NCBI RefSeq assembly: GCF_964355755.1
Contig: NC_092674.1
Coordinates: 19,902,001-19,966,000 of the forward strand
Direction of reading: 5' to 3'
DNA length: 64,000 nucleotides
Source: Antedon mediterranea
Lineage: Eukaryota > Animalia > Echinodermata
Every line of letters begins with the position of its first letter. The stretch's first letter is position 1. A program made the translations under genes and the position numbers. Shown piece after piece: positions 1 through 13,223 of the stretch. The notes beneath the pieces are model-generated. The model was given only the letters and a program-made list of their open reading frames with translations. It made no database searches and was not told where the DNA came from.

Positions 1-217
1 AAATCTATAAAATAGTTTCAGGGATGAGATTTCTCCGTGGAGTGAGTGACCCTGAAGTCTTTCTTTTTGGTGCGAAACTGCAATAGCGCCGGAAATATTA
101 AAAGTTTTTCTATTTTTCTGTTACTGTATACTTTTTGTCTTTATTTTAAAATTAAAATTGTTGTAAAAGATGAAAAAAGTTTATTGTACTGTATCTTGTA
201 ATTGTTATTTTTAATAG

Positions 218-407
218 GAAAGCAAAGAAGGCAACCAGAAAGGTTGGCAGGACATTCTCATGGAAAGGAACGCCGCATCGTTTACAACGAGCTATGTCAT
301 CTTTGTCAAACGCCAGTCCTATGTTAAATGACCAGGTGACAACGTTAGTTGGCACACCAAGGTCAAGAACAGGTGCCAGACTGGCGTCAGTAGCCACACT
401 CTCACGG
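218..407 (+). CDS. ECT2: ECT2/pebble-like RhoGEF, penultimate coding exon (gene starts before the window)
   Basis: Bounded by tttttaatag| and |gtatgt. Translates as KAKKATRKVGRTFSWKGTPHRLQRAMSSLSNASPM...RLASVATLSR, which resembles the vertebrate ECT2 C-terminal polybasic tail (KKTSKKVTRAFSFSKTPKRALRRAL, recalled from memory, not aligned). Confidence 0.75.
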
Positions 408-471
408 GTATGTTTGATTGATTTATTTCAGGTTCTACCATATTTTAGTGCCAGTTTAATGTGTTTTACTT

Positions 472-779
472 AAGCCCCTTTCTCACAGAGCTGTGTGCCA
501 GGAATATTGCGTGAATATACCATTACCATGCCGGTATGGTTTTCTGTGAGAACGGGTCGTCTCGTGGCATCATGCCGGCATCGACATGACCTGCTTTAGA
601 CCTAGTAATATTCTAGGGATATTCCCCGCAATGCCAGACGGGAATTCTGTGAGAACGTAATGCCGTTATATTCCGGGGTTATATTTAATTCCCCATCAAG
701 GTATATGCCAGTAACGATACCGGCACGACGCCACCATAATACCGGTATATTGCAGGCACATCTGTGAGAAAGGCGCTTT
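472..779. mobile_element. MITE in the last ECT2 intron
   Basis: Imperfect TIRs aagcccctttctcacaga...tctgtgagaaaggcgctt in a TTA/TAA context, with GC-rich internal repeated motifs. Confidence 0.7.
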
Positions 780-990
780 ACATCCTACTTTATTCATTTT
801 TATGCAAATCAAAATCCAATTGATTCAAAACTAATGATAATATTAGTCCATTAAATCATTTAAATTTAAACAATGTTTAATTGGAATTATGACATTTAGA
901 AGTAAAGCTCCTCCAACACTGATAGTGCCATCACATTAAAGACAGAAATAAATAACATTTTAATTTTATTCTTCTTCTTCTCGTCATCAG

Positions 991-1083
991 GTTATGTCAT
1001 CTCCTGTGCGTTCTCGGCCTCCACATACACCCAAGATGATAAAAAATGCAACTATTGGGCCTTCGTCATCAAGTTGGTTGTGA
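991..1083 (+). CDS. ECT2: ECT2-like terminal coding exon
   Basis: Polypyrimidine tract followed by catcag|. Phase 0 matches the previous donor. Reads VMSSPVRSRPPHTPKMIKNATIGPSSSSWL*, with TGA at 1081-1083. Confidence 0.65.
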   Translation, partial: VMSSPVRSRPPHTPKMIKNATIGPSSSSWL

Positions 1084-2056
1084 GGTCACAGGTTAACTTG
1101 TGAATAGATACCGTTGAGTCTTTGCACCTTGTTTTATTACATCTTTATTGAATACCTGTAGTGGATCCTATCAAGTCTGTATATTATTCTCAATCAAACA
1201 ATTTTCAATATTGGATCCACCGGGATGTTTTATATTATTATACAATTAATGAAATCATATCTTTTTAAATTAAAAGTTTTTCAAGTATTATTGTAAAATA
1301 GTAAAATATTATAAATTTGAAAAATTGAAAAATCGATATTCTATGCAATTTTTGACAGCAGGAAAATAGTGGTGTTGCTCTTGATGTTCACCTCATTATG
1401 AACATCACATTATTTTGGCCACAGCAACTTTAGCACATTGATTAATGTCTTACTACTTTAATAACATTTCCACAATTTGTAAACAATTTCTATTACATTT
1501 GACAATATACTTTTACTGTCAGTCTTACTTGCATTGTACATAATAGTAGGTGGTGTGATAAAAAAAAAAGGATTCTAAAATAATATTTTGATTATATCCG
1601 ATATTAAGCAAAGTAAAACAATTATTTCATCACATCCTGATATAAGTCTACCATACTAGTTCAGTTATGTGTAAATAGGGATCACACTGGTAGTGGACTA
1701 TTATTCAAGTTATATTGTTGCTGGGCGTGTCTTTCACACATTTTAGTCTTATTTTAAAACCTAATTTCCAGTAAATTGGATTCAGCTTTACTTTTATAAT
1801 CTCACTTATGTTCAGAAGATAACATTCTTTTTATAGAATTCTAAATTGAAATAATAAATCCAAAAATGGTGAAAGAAAAGAAAGTTTTGTTTTGGTATCA
1901 CAGGATGATTTTTGTAGATGAATGTTTTGCGTTTCAAAATTGCACGATGTTGACTCAAATTTTACTAAAATAAGAGGCAACATCTACACAGTTATAAACC
2001 ATACATTTAGTCATAGATTCCCCAACTACGCCAAATTTGGCTTTAATTAATATATA

Positions 2057-2213
2057 CAGTCAAGTCTTTCAATACCGGACACCTTTGGGTTGGCCTATAT
2101 ATCTTGTTTTCCAGAAAGTCTGGTATTTGGAATGTGTTTTTAATGGTAAAAATTTATTTGGGACGTCTGGTCTCGAGAATTTTCAGAGAGTCCGGTATTG
2201 GGAAAGATAACTG
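2057..2213. mobile_element. Tc1/mariner(pogo)-type MITE, family CAGTCAACTCTCCCAATACCGGAC
   Basis: TA|cagtcaagtctttcaataccggac ... gtccggtattgggaaagataactg|TA. Shares termini with 10038-11353 and 13069-13219. Confidence 0.8.
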
Positions 2214-4244
2214 TATACATAGGCCATATGACTGGAGGCCAAGCACCCAGTCTTTTTAAATGGCCTAACAAATAGGGGAGAGTTAGCTATGGACACGATC
2301 ATTTGTTTAACATTGCTTGGCAAGCTGTGACCACCATACCTACATTGTATCGCCTTGTAGTATTCTATCTATCCCTACTGATAGTTTTATTAATTACAAT
2401 CTATATATGTGGTGATTGGGGTTTAATCCTGTAATGAGAAACTGAAATGTTGTAAATATGATAAGTAATAATATTCTGTATAGTTAGCATTATTATTTAT
2501 TTTACATAATTAAGAATGGGAATAATTGGACTGAAAGTAGAAGATGGAACACAGAACATCTACCCCATGAACAATCATCCTTAGGCTACTGTTCTAGGAT
2601 AAATACCAATCAGGACATCTACCCCATTCATTAATGCTTAGATAGTAGCTGACATGTCGGGGGTTTGTCCTGAATCAAAGAATAACCTGGGACCTTCATT
2701 CATGAAAGTCTGGCTTTGAGAGATCTTCTGATTTGATTAAGTTTCTTGATGTCCAGTGGTTAGGAAAGTTGAATAATATTGTACGCTATATTTAAATTAG
2801 AATGACAAATATAGACGGCACTACCACACACAACCATATCCTTTCAATGTTCGTAGTGATATTGATTTCTCTATATTTTTTTGCATTTACAATCACACAA
2901 AATTATTTTTGTCTACAATGTTGGATTTAGACACCATGACCTGTTTTTTTGGTATTAAATTATGATTTTTATTTCTGTGTGCTATCAATTAAGAACTGAA
3001 CTGATTATTTAATTGTTTTACTTCCTTTAGATATTTTGTAATTTACATGTATTTCCTCCAAAGAGGATACTATTTATTTACAATTCTTTTGAATGAATGA
3101 AATGTTGAATTAACTATTTTGAAATTAATAATAATAATAATAATTGATGCAAAATTACAGCAAAGTACTTACTACATTTAATTTAAACTTCTTAATCTGT
3201 CAACTGTTGGCACTGGTTTTATTTCTGTAACCTACTGTGTAATGGGCCTAGTTATTTTACTGTGCAGTTGGTGTATTATATTTAAATGAAAATGGGTGTA
3301 CCGTCTACTACAAATACCTAATTAATTCATATTCGTTTGTTCCTTTATACTGTTCCGTTTCACGGAACGGAAGACAGTGCCGTTTTGTTGAAAAATTATT
3401 ATTAATTGATTGACAACAATTATGTTAACAAATATTTGTTTTGAATGTATTTCAGGACTAATGTTAAAATAAATTACTATAGGATTTACAATGCCAATTC
3501 AACTCAGTCAATGTATATTAATACTGTAGTACTGTATAAAATAATTCTTAAAATGATATGGTATAGTTATCACAACATTAATGGAACTGATAACATGTAA
3601 TTGTTATTTGTATTTAAAATACATATACTGTAATAATAGGCTAATTGGTAAGAATAATAATTATGAATCATTCCTCTTAAGTTTGTTACATTTGTACTTT
3701 AAACTTAAAATTGGTGGCCCGGGTACAGTATTAAAAAAAGTGTATTTTCATTCATATTTGCACTAAAAAATGAACCTTTAGTGGACTTGTCGCCATATAG
3801 CCCTACTGAACACTCGTGTTACTAGAACCAATCTAAACGTGTATGCCTAATAATTCATATTTTAATGGCCGTGGTTTGTGGAAATACTATTTAAAAAATC
3901 TAGCGTTGTATGCATTTATCGAATAAAAAAAATGACGATTAAAAGTATATTTATTATTAGTTTAATTAGCATTTTGCGATGTTTTTTTATTTCGCACAGA
4001 GCCTTCTACATTGTCCTGCTATGGTCTAATAACGATGTGACAATAAGCAATCATGATAATGCTGTCATGAAGATATTTTAGAAAAAAAATCCTGACATTG
4101 GCGTGTGTTTTCATTGAATTCCTTGTCACTGACTTTGAAAATGTTCATGAAAGAAATTTAGGATCATTTTTCTAACGGTTAAGTCAAAGATAACTTTCAA
4201 TAATGTTTCCCAAGACCATCCACATTTCTACAATAGCCTATTAT

Positions 4245-4372
4245 TGTTACGCGTTTAGTTTAAAGTTACGTCAGTGGTTACGTTGTTTGTTTACGTTAGT
4301 GTTACGCTGTTTGTTTACGTTAGTGGTTATGTTGTTTGTTTACGTTAGTGGTTACGCTGTTTGTTTACGTTA
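4245..4372. repeat. ~25-bp minisatellite (TGTTTGTTTACGTTAGTGGTTACGC), about 4-5 copies
   Basis: Tandem copies directly visible. Confidence 0.85.
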
Positions 4373-4481
4373 TCAATATCAATTTATTTAGAAATTGCAC
4401 CTTTACATCGGTGGCACACACATGAAGTGGTGCATCTATATTGTACACAATTAACATAAAATGACGGATACGGATACTTAA

Positions 4482-5384
4482 AGATGTATTGTCCCTTTGA
4501 CTAATTCAAAAAAATTATTTTTTTATATTTCGAAAAAGTGGGTCATTTTGAGGGATCATAATAGTTATTAACTTTCACCAAAAATTAGTCCAAAAAAAAT
4601 AATTTAATCGAAATACAGACGTTTTTTTGTTCAAAAAATAACTTTGACTTCCAGTCAAAGTTTTCGATCTAAACATATCTCATAATGCAAAGAGCTTTTT
4701 TTTTTCATTTATTCATAGGAATCACCTTTATATCGGTGGCACACATTATCAGTTAATGGTGCATCCATTTTACAGACAAAATACAAAGAAACATCAAGGT
4801 ACAAAGTTCTAAATACTAACACATAACATCAGAACAAAATGTAAACTAATTAATTAATTAGATCTGTATGAAAATACATAATACGTAAACTGTATTTACA
4901 ATATATATTATAAATCAAAGAGCTTCATAGGCAGGATATAGAAAAAAATCAAGATCAAATAAGTTAAAACTGCCTCAATATAGATTTATTTTAACGACAT
5001 GTTTCGGGCATCTATATTGAGGCAGTTTTAACTTATTTGATCTTGATTTTTTACAATATACATATATATATAACTTGTTTGGCTACTCTGTATGCATAAT
5101 CATAAAACTTCCTCACGATCTGTGTGAAAACACCTTCTCAACCGTGACAAGTTGTAAACAATCCTAATTAGCCCGTGGTTTAAAATCTTTGTTTACTTTC
5201 GCTTGTGACGATTTTCCAGACGAAATGTAATCAAATTAATTTTACCTGTTTATTACGTAAACTTGTTCTTTTTGGCTCGAATTTTCGACTTAAAGTGAAT
5301 AACGTTAATATTACTTTGATATGGCCAATTTAAATTTAGAATATTTTTTTTTCCATTTTCTGTGTTTCAAGGGACAATACATCT
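4482..5384. mobile_element. Non-autonomous TTAA-targeting DNA transposon (Kolobok-like)
   Basis: TTAA|agatgtattgtccc ... gggacaatacatct|TTAA. RR termini with a TTAA TSD fit Kolobok. No ORF. Confidence 0.7.
4943..5052. repeat. Perfect ~43-bp hairpin, probably an inverted Penelope-like terminal-repeat remnant
   Basis: Arms 4943-4985 and 5010-5052 are reverse complements. The loop reads cgaaacatgtc on the minus strand. Confidence 0.65.
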
Positions 5385-5472
5385 TTAAGCTAATTTAAAA
5401 AGTTAACAAAAATTAAAATTAGTACTATATACTGTGGCAATATTGTCTGACATGAGTTGATACATTTTAGTT

Positions 5473-5625
5473 AAGCTTGGTTCCCACTAGAACGTAACGC
5501 AAGGACGTAAACGCAACGCAAGCGTTTTAACCAATGACAAGCGAAGTAACCATCGCTTGTGATTGTTCAATTCACTTGCGTTGCGTTACGTCCTTGTGTT
5601 GCGTCGCTAATGGGAACCACGCTTT
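5473..5625. mobile_element. Palindromic MITE, family AAGCTTGGTTCCCACTAG
   Basis: TIRs aagcttggttcccactag...ctaatgggaaccacgcttt. Related copies at 5806, 6118 and 9724. Confidence 0.85.
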
Positions 5626-5805
5626 AAATATATATATATAAATCCAAAGGCAAATTACTTAAAATAATGACAATGCTGTGGGTATATTCAGTGGCTGGAT
5701 CTCAATGGAGATACAAAAAAAAAAGCGAAAAGCTAAATCAAAACGATAAAGTAAACAGCCAGAAAAGTTAGCAGAGCTTTCGAGCAACACTAGCCCTTAT
5801 ACATA

Positions 5806-5880
5806 AAGCTTGGTTCCCACTAGAACGTAACGCAAGGACGTAAACGCAACGCAAGCGTTTTAACCAATCACAAGCGGTAG
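5806..5880. mobile_element. Truncated copy of the AAGCTTGGTTCCCACTAG MITE
   Basis: Nearly identical to the first ~70 bp of 5473-5625. Confidence 0.8.
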
Positions 5881-6117
5881 TTACTATGTTAGTGGAATCG
5901 TTACGTTATAGTTTTGTTCTATAGTGTTTTTATTTTATTTATTTATTTCTTTATTCTGATATAAAATCAATAGGATAAAAACACAAAAAAGTACCGAGAC
6001 GGCAAACTTATTTCCATTGTGGTCCTAAACAAATATAACAGAATAAACAAGGAAAACCACCAGTGTATTACGATTATAGTGGTAAGTTTTAGTTACGTTG
6101 ACGTATGTTACATTAGG

Positions 6118-6225
6118 ATTGGTTCCCACTAGGACGAAACGCAAATACGTAAGCGCAACGCCATCGGGTTGACCAATGATGACAGATTAAATAATCCATT
6201 CCTTGTGATTGGTCAAATTAATTGC
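6118..6225. mobile_element. Diverged copy of the same MITE
   Basis: ttggttcccactaggacgaaacgcaa...ccaatga...cttgtgattggtcaa. Confidence 0.6.
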
Positions 6226-8639
6226 GCTCATGATTAAAGATAGGGGTTGGTATAATAGCACATGTAAGTAACCTACTGGTATTCGTTTATTATACTTCAT
6301 TTACATGACATCAGGAAATGAAAACAAATGTTATATTATAATGATATAATATATCGTTACTCATGAGATGGATAATATCAATTATAGATTTTGATTACGT
6401 AACAACATTTTAGTAAGCATGGAAATGTACAATCAACTTGGTTAAGATTTATAGCGTGTGTACACTTTCGTATTTTATTTATTTTTAGATTTCGCGAAAT
6501 TAAAGAGACGAATAAATCATTTTGTTGGAAAGCGTCCATATGGAAATCTGCAGAGACGAAGGATGAAATTAGGCCTGGCAGGCCTACTATTTTAGTCACT
6601 ACTAGTTCAAGATTAGGTATTATGCCCCCTTAAAAAACAATTATAGATAATGAATATTATTTACGGCCCTAGTATTTTAGAATTGTAAACCTTATAAAGA
6701 AGTTGTCAAAGCTATCTTTATTGTGCTCCTCTAGATTGTTCAGGGACTCATTTAGAATTCAAACCATCCTCGTAATATTAAGCAATTTTTTAAACCAAAA
6801 TAACACCACCAGAACGTCACAATGAACTTTATGTAGTTAGTTAAGTTAAAATGCAAGTTTACTTTTGTCATTGACACAGGTTGACTCATTTCCATAAAAC
6901 ACATTACACTCAACTATACTGTACATTGTTTTGTTAATTGTTGATATTAATCAATAAATAAAACATCAAAAGGCGTGAACGAGGTACTTTCATCTTGCTA
7001 TTGTATTCGCAACCCACCTTAAAATCGATCCAAGGCCTGGGTATTATTTTAAAAGCCTGCCTACATGCACACTCACAACTGAAGAAGTCACATGTAAGGC
7101 AGCATGAATGAATATTCTTTATTTATAGTGCCACCCAATTTTGATTTTATTTACTTTGTGTTACTTTTGTAATCGAGAAAAGTTTTCCGGAAAAAAAAAT
7201 TGATTGATTGAATATAATATACACGACGTCATCTTTGACTATACCCCCTCTATAGTTTGTTCCCTCTTACACTGAAACTTCTTTATTACGTTTAGCGCAA
7301 CATCAGAATACTACCATATAAGGTAGGGACAAGTGAAACTTTGAATTCCTACCAGTTTTTTGGCTTTTAAACGGGCCTACCAGTTTACAGTTTTTCTAAA
7401 CGGTAGCAGATATTTATCACCATTTATATTTAAATTTAAAAACACATTTAGGCCTAACTAAAGTTGTGTCGAAAATTATTTTTATAATACAAAATAGGGT
7501 TTAGCAGGCCTATCGTTAATTTAGGCCCAATCAATGTCTGTGATAATTATCGGTATCAGGGATTAAGTTTTTTTTTTAATTTGAAACACAAGAAATCCAA
7601 AATATGACGTAACTATTAGGTACTGTATCATCGTTTTATGTAAGTAAAGTCGCCGGAAGTTGTTCAATGGACGATTGTTTCCTGTATTATCAGTAATAGC
7701 TATATAGCGGATATAATTAATCTCAATTAGATAAATGTCCATCGTCACATGGTTACGTGCAGTTACGGTAGTCCCGCGTTTGGTACCAATGCCTTCTGGG
7801 TATACTCATATTTGATTGACTTTTAGGGTAGGATAGCCTTGAATTAACAATTAATAAGTAAAGTGAACTTGGCTATTAGTAGCACATACAATATTAACTA
7901 AATTAATACCACGCACCTTTATTAAAGATGCATATATCATATACTGTAATACAATACTTGTTTTTATTTAGTAAGATGTATGTTGAGTATAAACTACTCA
8001 AAGTGCGTGATTTCCATACGTATTGTACGTGCAAACAAATAAAGTATGCGCGTAAGTGAAATAAGAACTTACTTTATTTTCCAGAAGATCGGTGGAAAAA
8101 GAACTATTTAAGTTTTATTATGTATGTGGTTATTTTAGTATGCTGAGTGAAATTTTACAAATTAGAAAATTATTAAATATTACTCTTCAATTAAATTCCG
8201 AATTTGTTAATAAAAAAAAAGATATACAGAGTATTCTAAAACCGAATCGCAAGAAAAAAATGAAATAATGTAATAATGTCTGGGGCACGACAATGGTATA
8301 AACTATGGCAATCGCCAAAATGTCTGGCCCCGCCCTTGTTTCACCTTGCGATACCACTCTGTGACGTAGAAAGTATCTTTTTGCATGAAAGTGCATTGAA
8401 GAACCCCCACGTAGTTTTCGTACCTGAGTACGCACTACTAACTAAGTGGAGTCGGATAACTCATGGTAAATGTTCATCCGCTGAAGTTTTTTATTTGAAC
8501 TTTTACAACTTGCAGTGGGTAATGCATTATTTTTCATCTAAATACGCGTATACAGATTCATTAGATTGTGAATATGTACGATTGATGTGTAAACAATTTG
8601 TTTCATAGTGTTTTATTTTTTGAACTATTTTATTTGATC

Positions 8640-9054
8640 TACATCTATTGGCGGAAGTGCACGATACCAGTCGGTCGTTGACCCAAATTTGGGAACAAGG
8701 TAGATGTGTGTATTGGTAGTTACTGAAGTGTACACCTCCGCTCTACAGTGCAGAACAGCGTACTATTGGTGTGTAGCAATTGGTGTGTAGCGATTGTTGT
8801 TCGCGACGCTAAGTCATCAACAAATTCAACAATAGTTTACAGTAAAATTCAGGATTGATTCATGCATTTCATTGCGTGTTTTTATTGTTTGAATATAAAT
8901 TAAGATAACTGGTTTGTTAAATACAAAGGTAACGCTTATAATTGTGTAATAAAACAGGCGATTTATATTTTAGTGCTAGGCCTGGCTTAGCGGCTGTCAT
9001 CAGCTAGTATTAGACGTCATCAACGCAAAGTACCACCGTTAGGGTTGGTCCAAT
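8640..9054 (+). promoter_or_regulatory. Probable YAP core promoter and 5' UTR
   Basis: Local CpG/GC enrichment directly upstream of the ATG. ATTGG overlaps an ETS-type GGCGGAAGTG at ~8647-8659, and more ATTGG motifs lie at ~8765-8785. The TSS cannot be placed. Confidence 0.4.
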
Positions 9055-9464
9055 ATGACCAACATGGATCCAAAGCATGTCGTTCATGTAAGGGGTGACT
9101 CGGATGTCGATTTGGAAGATTTATTTAATAAGTCGTTAAATCCTCGCCAGCTAGATCAAGTTAAACAGCCAAATATTCCATGGACTATGCGCAATCTACC
9201 AAAATCATTTTACCAAGAACCAGATAGGAAACCACTTCATTCCCGAGAATCAAGCACCGACAACACATCTCGTTTAATTGGAATGCATGTTGTACATAAC
9301 CGGGCACATTCATCACCTGCTCAAATGCAAGAGATTGACCGTAGTACCCAAGATCAACATACGCATTTACGAGAACAAAGTTTAGATGTAACTGCAGATG
9401 ATATGCCAATGCCACAAGGATGGGAGATGGCTAAAACCCCACAGGGTCAACGCTATTATTTAAA
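9055..9464 (+). CDS. YAP1: YAP/Yorkie exon 1 (TEAD-binding domain, LATS sites, start of WW1)
   Basis: HVVHVRGDSDVDLEDLF...MRNLPKSFYQEP, HSRESS, HNRAHSSPA, HLREQS, PMPQGWEMAKTPQGQRYYL. Donor AA|gtaagt (phase 2). Confidence 0.97.
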
Positions 9465-9723
9465 GTAAGTTTACATATTAATTAAAACCAAATTTCAGTG
9501 CCTTTTATTTTTTACTTGGAACAGTAACTTGCGAACATTGATTAAAACTAAAAATACTTGGTAAGTAAAGATGATAGAGCGAAACGTATCTAAGATTTAT
9601 TAAGGGAACCATTGAACTGTCCTTTCTTGCTCTTATTATGTTGGAGGGAATGTTGGGGCAGAGGGAACCAAACGAAAGATAGGAGGCGCACCAGAAAGGA
9701 CACTATAGATTTATTACTAACTA

Positions 9724-9904
9724 AAGCGTCGTTCCCACTAGCGACGCAACTCAAGGACGTAACGCAACGCAAGTGAATTGACCAATCACAAACGATGGCT
9801 TATTCGCTTGTGATTGCTAACTGTCTTTAACTTCGCTTGTCATTGGTTAAAACGCTTGCGTTGCGTTTACGTCCTTGCGTTACGTTCTAGTGGGAACCAA
9901 GCTT
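9724..9904. mobile_element. Full copy of the AAGCTTGGTTCCCACTAG MITE in reverse orientation
   Basis: aagcgtcgttcccactag...ctagtgggaaccaagctt, the reverse complement of the 5473 copy. Confidence 0.85.
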
Positions 9905-10037
9905 TAGTGATGCCATATCCTCTTCCAATCTTGTATAAAACAAAAACAAACTCTCCAAAATGAAAAGGAATAGTATTAAATGAGTACAGTATTATGTATA
10001 TTTGAGGGGTTTGTGGGAAATGATGGTAATAAAAGTA

Positions 10038-11353
10038 CAGTCAACTCTCCCAATACCGGACACCCTTGGGCGGGCATATATTTTCTGGTTTTTCGAAAGT
10101 CCGGTTTCCTGAAAACATATTTTTTAAGTCATCACATTGTCACTGAAAATGCTTTGAATCACCGGTCCGAATGCTGCCCGGTACGGTCTCCTAGCGTAGG
10201 GAAGGCCTAGGCTAGGCTATGATTGTGTCAATCTAGTTTTAATTAAATAAATACTGATAGGCCTAGGCCTACTTTATTAATATTAAGCTACAGTAATTCA
10301 ATTTACCTTTTTTAAAAGTTACATTATTTACTGTACCAATAAAACATTACAATAGTAAATTATTGTTTCTCAATGTGTTTTTAACGGCAAAAAGGCCTAC
10401 GTACGTACGTACGGTGAACATAATTTCGGTCTGTTTATTGTTTTTCGTGAGCTAGCTAGCAGCAGCAGCATGGGGCTTTGATTGATGCGCATGTGCAGAG
10501 GTGTCATAATCAAATAAAAACGCCCACACCTAGACCACATGTTTTTTAAGCTCCTTTATTTTGACGTAATTTGATAGAAATGATGAAAATTGATTAGGTA
10601 AACGAGCCAAGCAATAATGACACAATAATTAATTGGTAACATTTCAAAGTTTATTAACACTAGTTAAGTCAAGTTCATTCCGTTTACGTTTTGCCATAAT
10701 GATTTCCAAATTTATAATGATGCACATTTTTAGTGAAACATTCCTTTTTAAAGTCCTATTGCAATTGTGAATTTAACAATAATTTAAACAAAACAAAGAC
10801 ACAAAGTGGAATGTAAATTGAACTTTATTAAAAAACAATTCATATGCTAAAAAACAGGGAGTTGTTAACAACTCCCTGCTAAAAACAATAGACATTAAGA
10901 CATAGCGCTTCGATGTGAAAAAGCCCACCGCAGTTCGATACGCAACAAAGCAATTGCCGCCTCGTGGGTTAACAATGAACTGACCTGTCAATCACAGTGT
11001 AGTGCTCCATGGCAACATTATTTGATCGTACCGCGAAACGTCGCGCACTTCATGCATGGTGAGGGTATGGTTAAAAGCTTTTGTACATTGTGAATGTATT
11101 GAATCCGAGTCAGCGACGACGATGTTACGTTGTTTTCGTAAATATTTGGAGTTTTTTAACTGTCAGTCCGGTTTTCAGACGCTAATTTTCGTGTTTTGTA
11201 CTTCATAATTTGTCCGGAATCCGGAATTGGGTATTCCGGTTTTCATGATAAATTACAGTACATTTAGAATAGGGACAAATTGGGCCCTCCAAAAAAGTCC
11301 GGTTTTTCGTGAATTCCGGTTTTGGGAGAGTCCGGTATTGGGAGAGTTGACTG
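10038..11353. mobile_element. 1.3-kb non-autonomous Tc1/mariner(pogo)-type element
   Basis: TA|cagtcaactctcccaataccggac ... gtccggtattgggagagttgactg|TA, perfect TIR with subterminal TCCGGTTT repeats. No transposase ORF. Confidence 0.85.
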
Positions 11354-13068
11354 TAGTAGGACTAGTTAGTACTATTGCTATTGCTAACATCCCAAAACCC
11401 AATTGCAAAAGGAACAGTACATCTAATTCTAATTAAGGTAGAATGAGTACTGTAGTTAATTGTGTAATATGACCTTACCTACTAATGTTATACTGTACTT
11501 AAGGATATTAAGATGATTTTGACATCTACAATTTTAAGCCATTCCCCTTCTTTTATATCATATTTCCTATATGTAAATTATTCCTACTGTATATATTACA
11601 CAAGATAATACCTTTACTGTCCATGAATTATGTGAAGTGGTATTACTTAGTAACTTACACTGGGGGGCATTCTATTTTGCAAGACATTGTTTTAAGCCTT
11701 GGAATGAATGATGATTCAGATGCACTACTACTACAGTATGCTCTATATATAGTGTATTTCTGTATGTAGTGTCTGACTAATGACTCAAATCTTAGTTCTC
11801 TCTATCAACATTTAGTGTTGTTTACATGTGATTTATATCCACTGATTAGAAGTCACTTGTATGGCCTTCCATATAGCTCTCAAACTCACAATCTTCTTTC
11901 TGTAAACAGCCACTAAACAATGCTATAAAATCTGTGGTCAATCAGTAGTATAAATTGTCCCTCTGCGCATTTCCTCTTTTTATTGATGTCATCTGATGGA
12001 CTAAAGCACTGTAATACATACACTCAAGATTCTTTCTATCTGTCATTAATGTGTTTAGCAAGTTTCTTTTATTTCTGGATCTCATTTCATAGCTGATTGC
12101 TAAGGGAGTTCAAAATGAAGTTCATGGTCATAATACACAATTTTCTTTCTTGCCTTTTCTAATCAAACTGCTCAAATCTTAACATTAACAAGAAAAACCT
12201 GTTTCTTTATAATTAAGCTAATTTTCTCTTAGGAACAGAATTTATTTATGTGAATGTGATAAACATGCCTGTTTCTGCCACAAACAAATCGCAGATTAGC
12301 TTTAAATAATGGGTGAAAAAATTAAATTACTGCAAGAACAGGACACATTCGTCTACACTGTAGAGTTTAATAAATAAAGTACACAAATGGCAACGCATAT
12401 TAGAATTCCACCGATTATCTAACTACAATCATCTCCTTATAATTTTAATATAATAATTGTAATTTAGCTATAGGAGTAGTATTAAAACAATGTGAGCGAC
12501 AGTCTCCTGAAGAAAAATAAAATACAGGTTATTTAGTAGCATATAAGGCTAATATCTATAAATCATTCATAAATACAGTAGGTAGTTTTAACAAATGTAT
12601 TATAAGAAAATGGATCATAAATGCTGCATTCAACCTATCTCTTCACCTCATCTCCAGGGCCTCATTCTTTTCCAATGTTTTTTTAATGACTGCTGCATGG
12701 TAGTGGAGTGTGTGAGTGGATATGAATGCATCCGTACTAGTAGTTTCCTGTGTTGGACAGAAAATGGCATTTTAAAATGTAGTTTAGTTCATTTATTAAC
12801 AAGAAAAAATATTACATTATTGTGGAAATCTGAACCAAGCCTAGTTATGTATTTGATTGAGAAACAGCAGACAAAAGGACTTTTTGAACTAATTACTGAA
12901 CATGGTATATTTTGATAGTAGTAATACAGTAAGTCATGATAATTATATAATATTAAAATATGGAAATACATTCAGTAAACATACCTGATAAAAAAGGTTG
13001 TTGGCTAACCGATTTAAATGAAACCGATATAGTTATGCTATATACAGTACTAATACCATTTTATAGTA

Positions 13069-13219
13069 CAGTCAACTCTCTCAATACCGGACACTCTGAA
13101 AACCGGAAACTCTCCCAATACCAGACTTATCTTGAAGTCCAAATTGTACCAAATTCATTTTTACCATTAAAAACATATTTGGCCAGCCCAAAGGTGTCCG
13201 GTATTGGGAGAGTTGACTG
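13069..13219. mobile_element. Short MITE of the CAGTCAACTCTC family
   Basis: TA|cagtcaactctctcaataccggac...gtccggtattgggagagttgactg. Confidence 0.85.
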
Positions 13220-13223
13220 TGGG

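Noticed and set aside
152-397. 81-aa minus-strand ORF
   Set aside because: It is the antisense shadow of the plus-strand ECT2-like exon, which has proper splice sites.
8187-8608. Overlapping ORFs upstream of YAP as a separate gene
   Set aside because: No recognisable domain or splice structure. Likely chance ORFs in a GC-richer promoter-proximal region.
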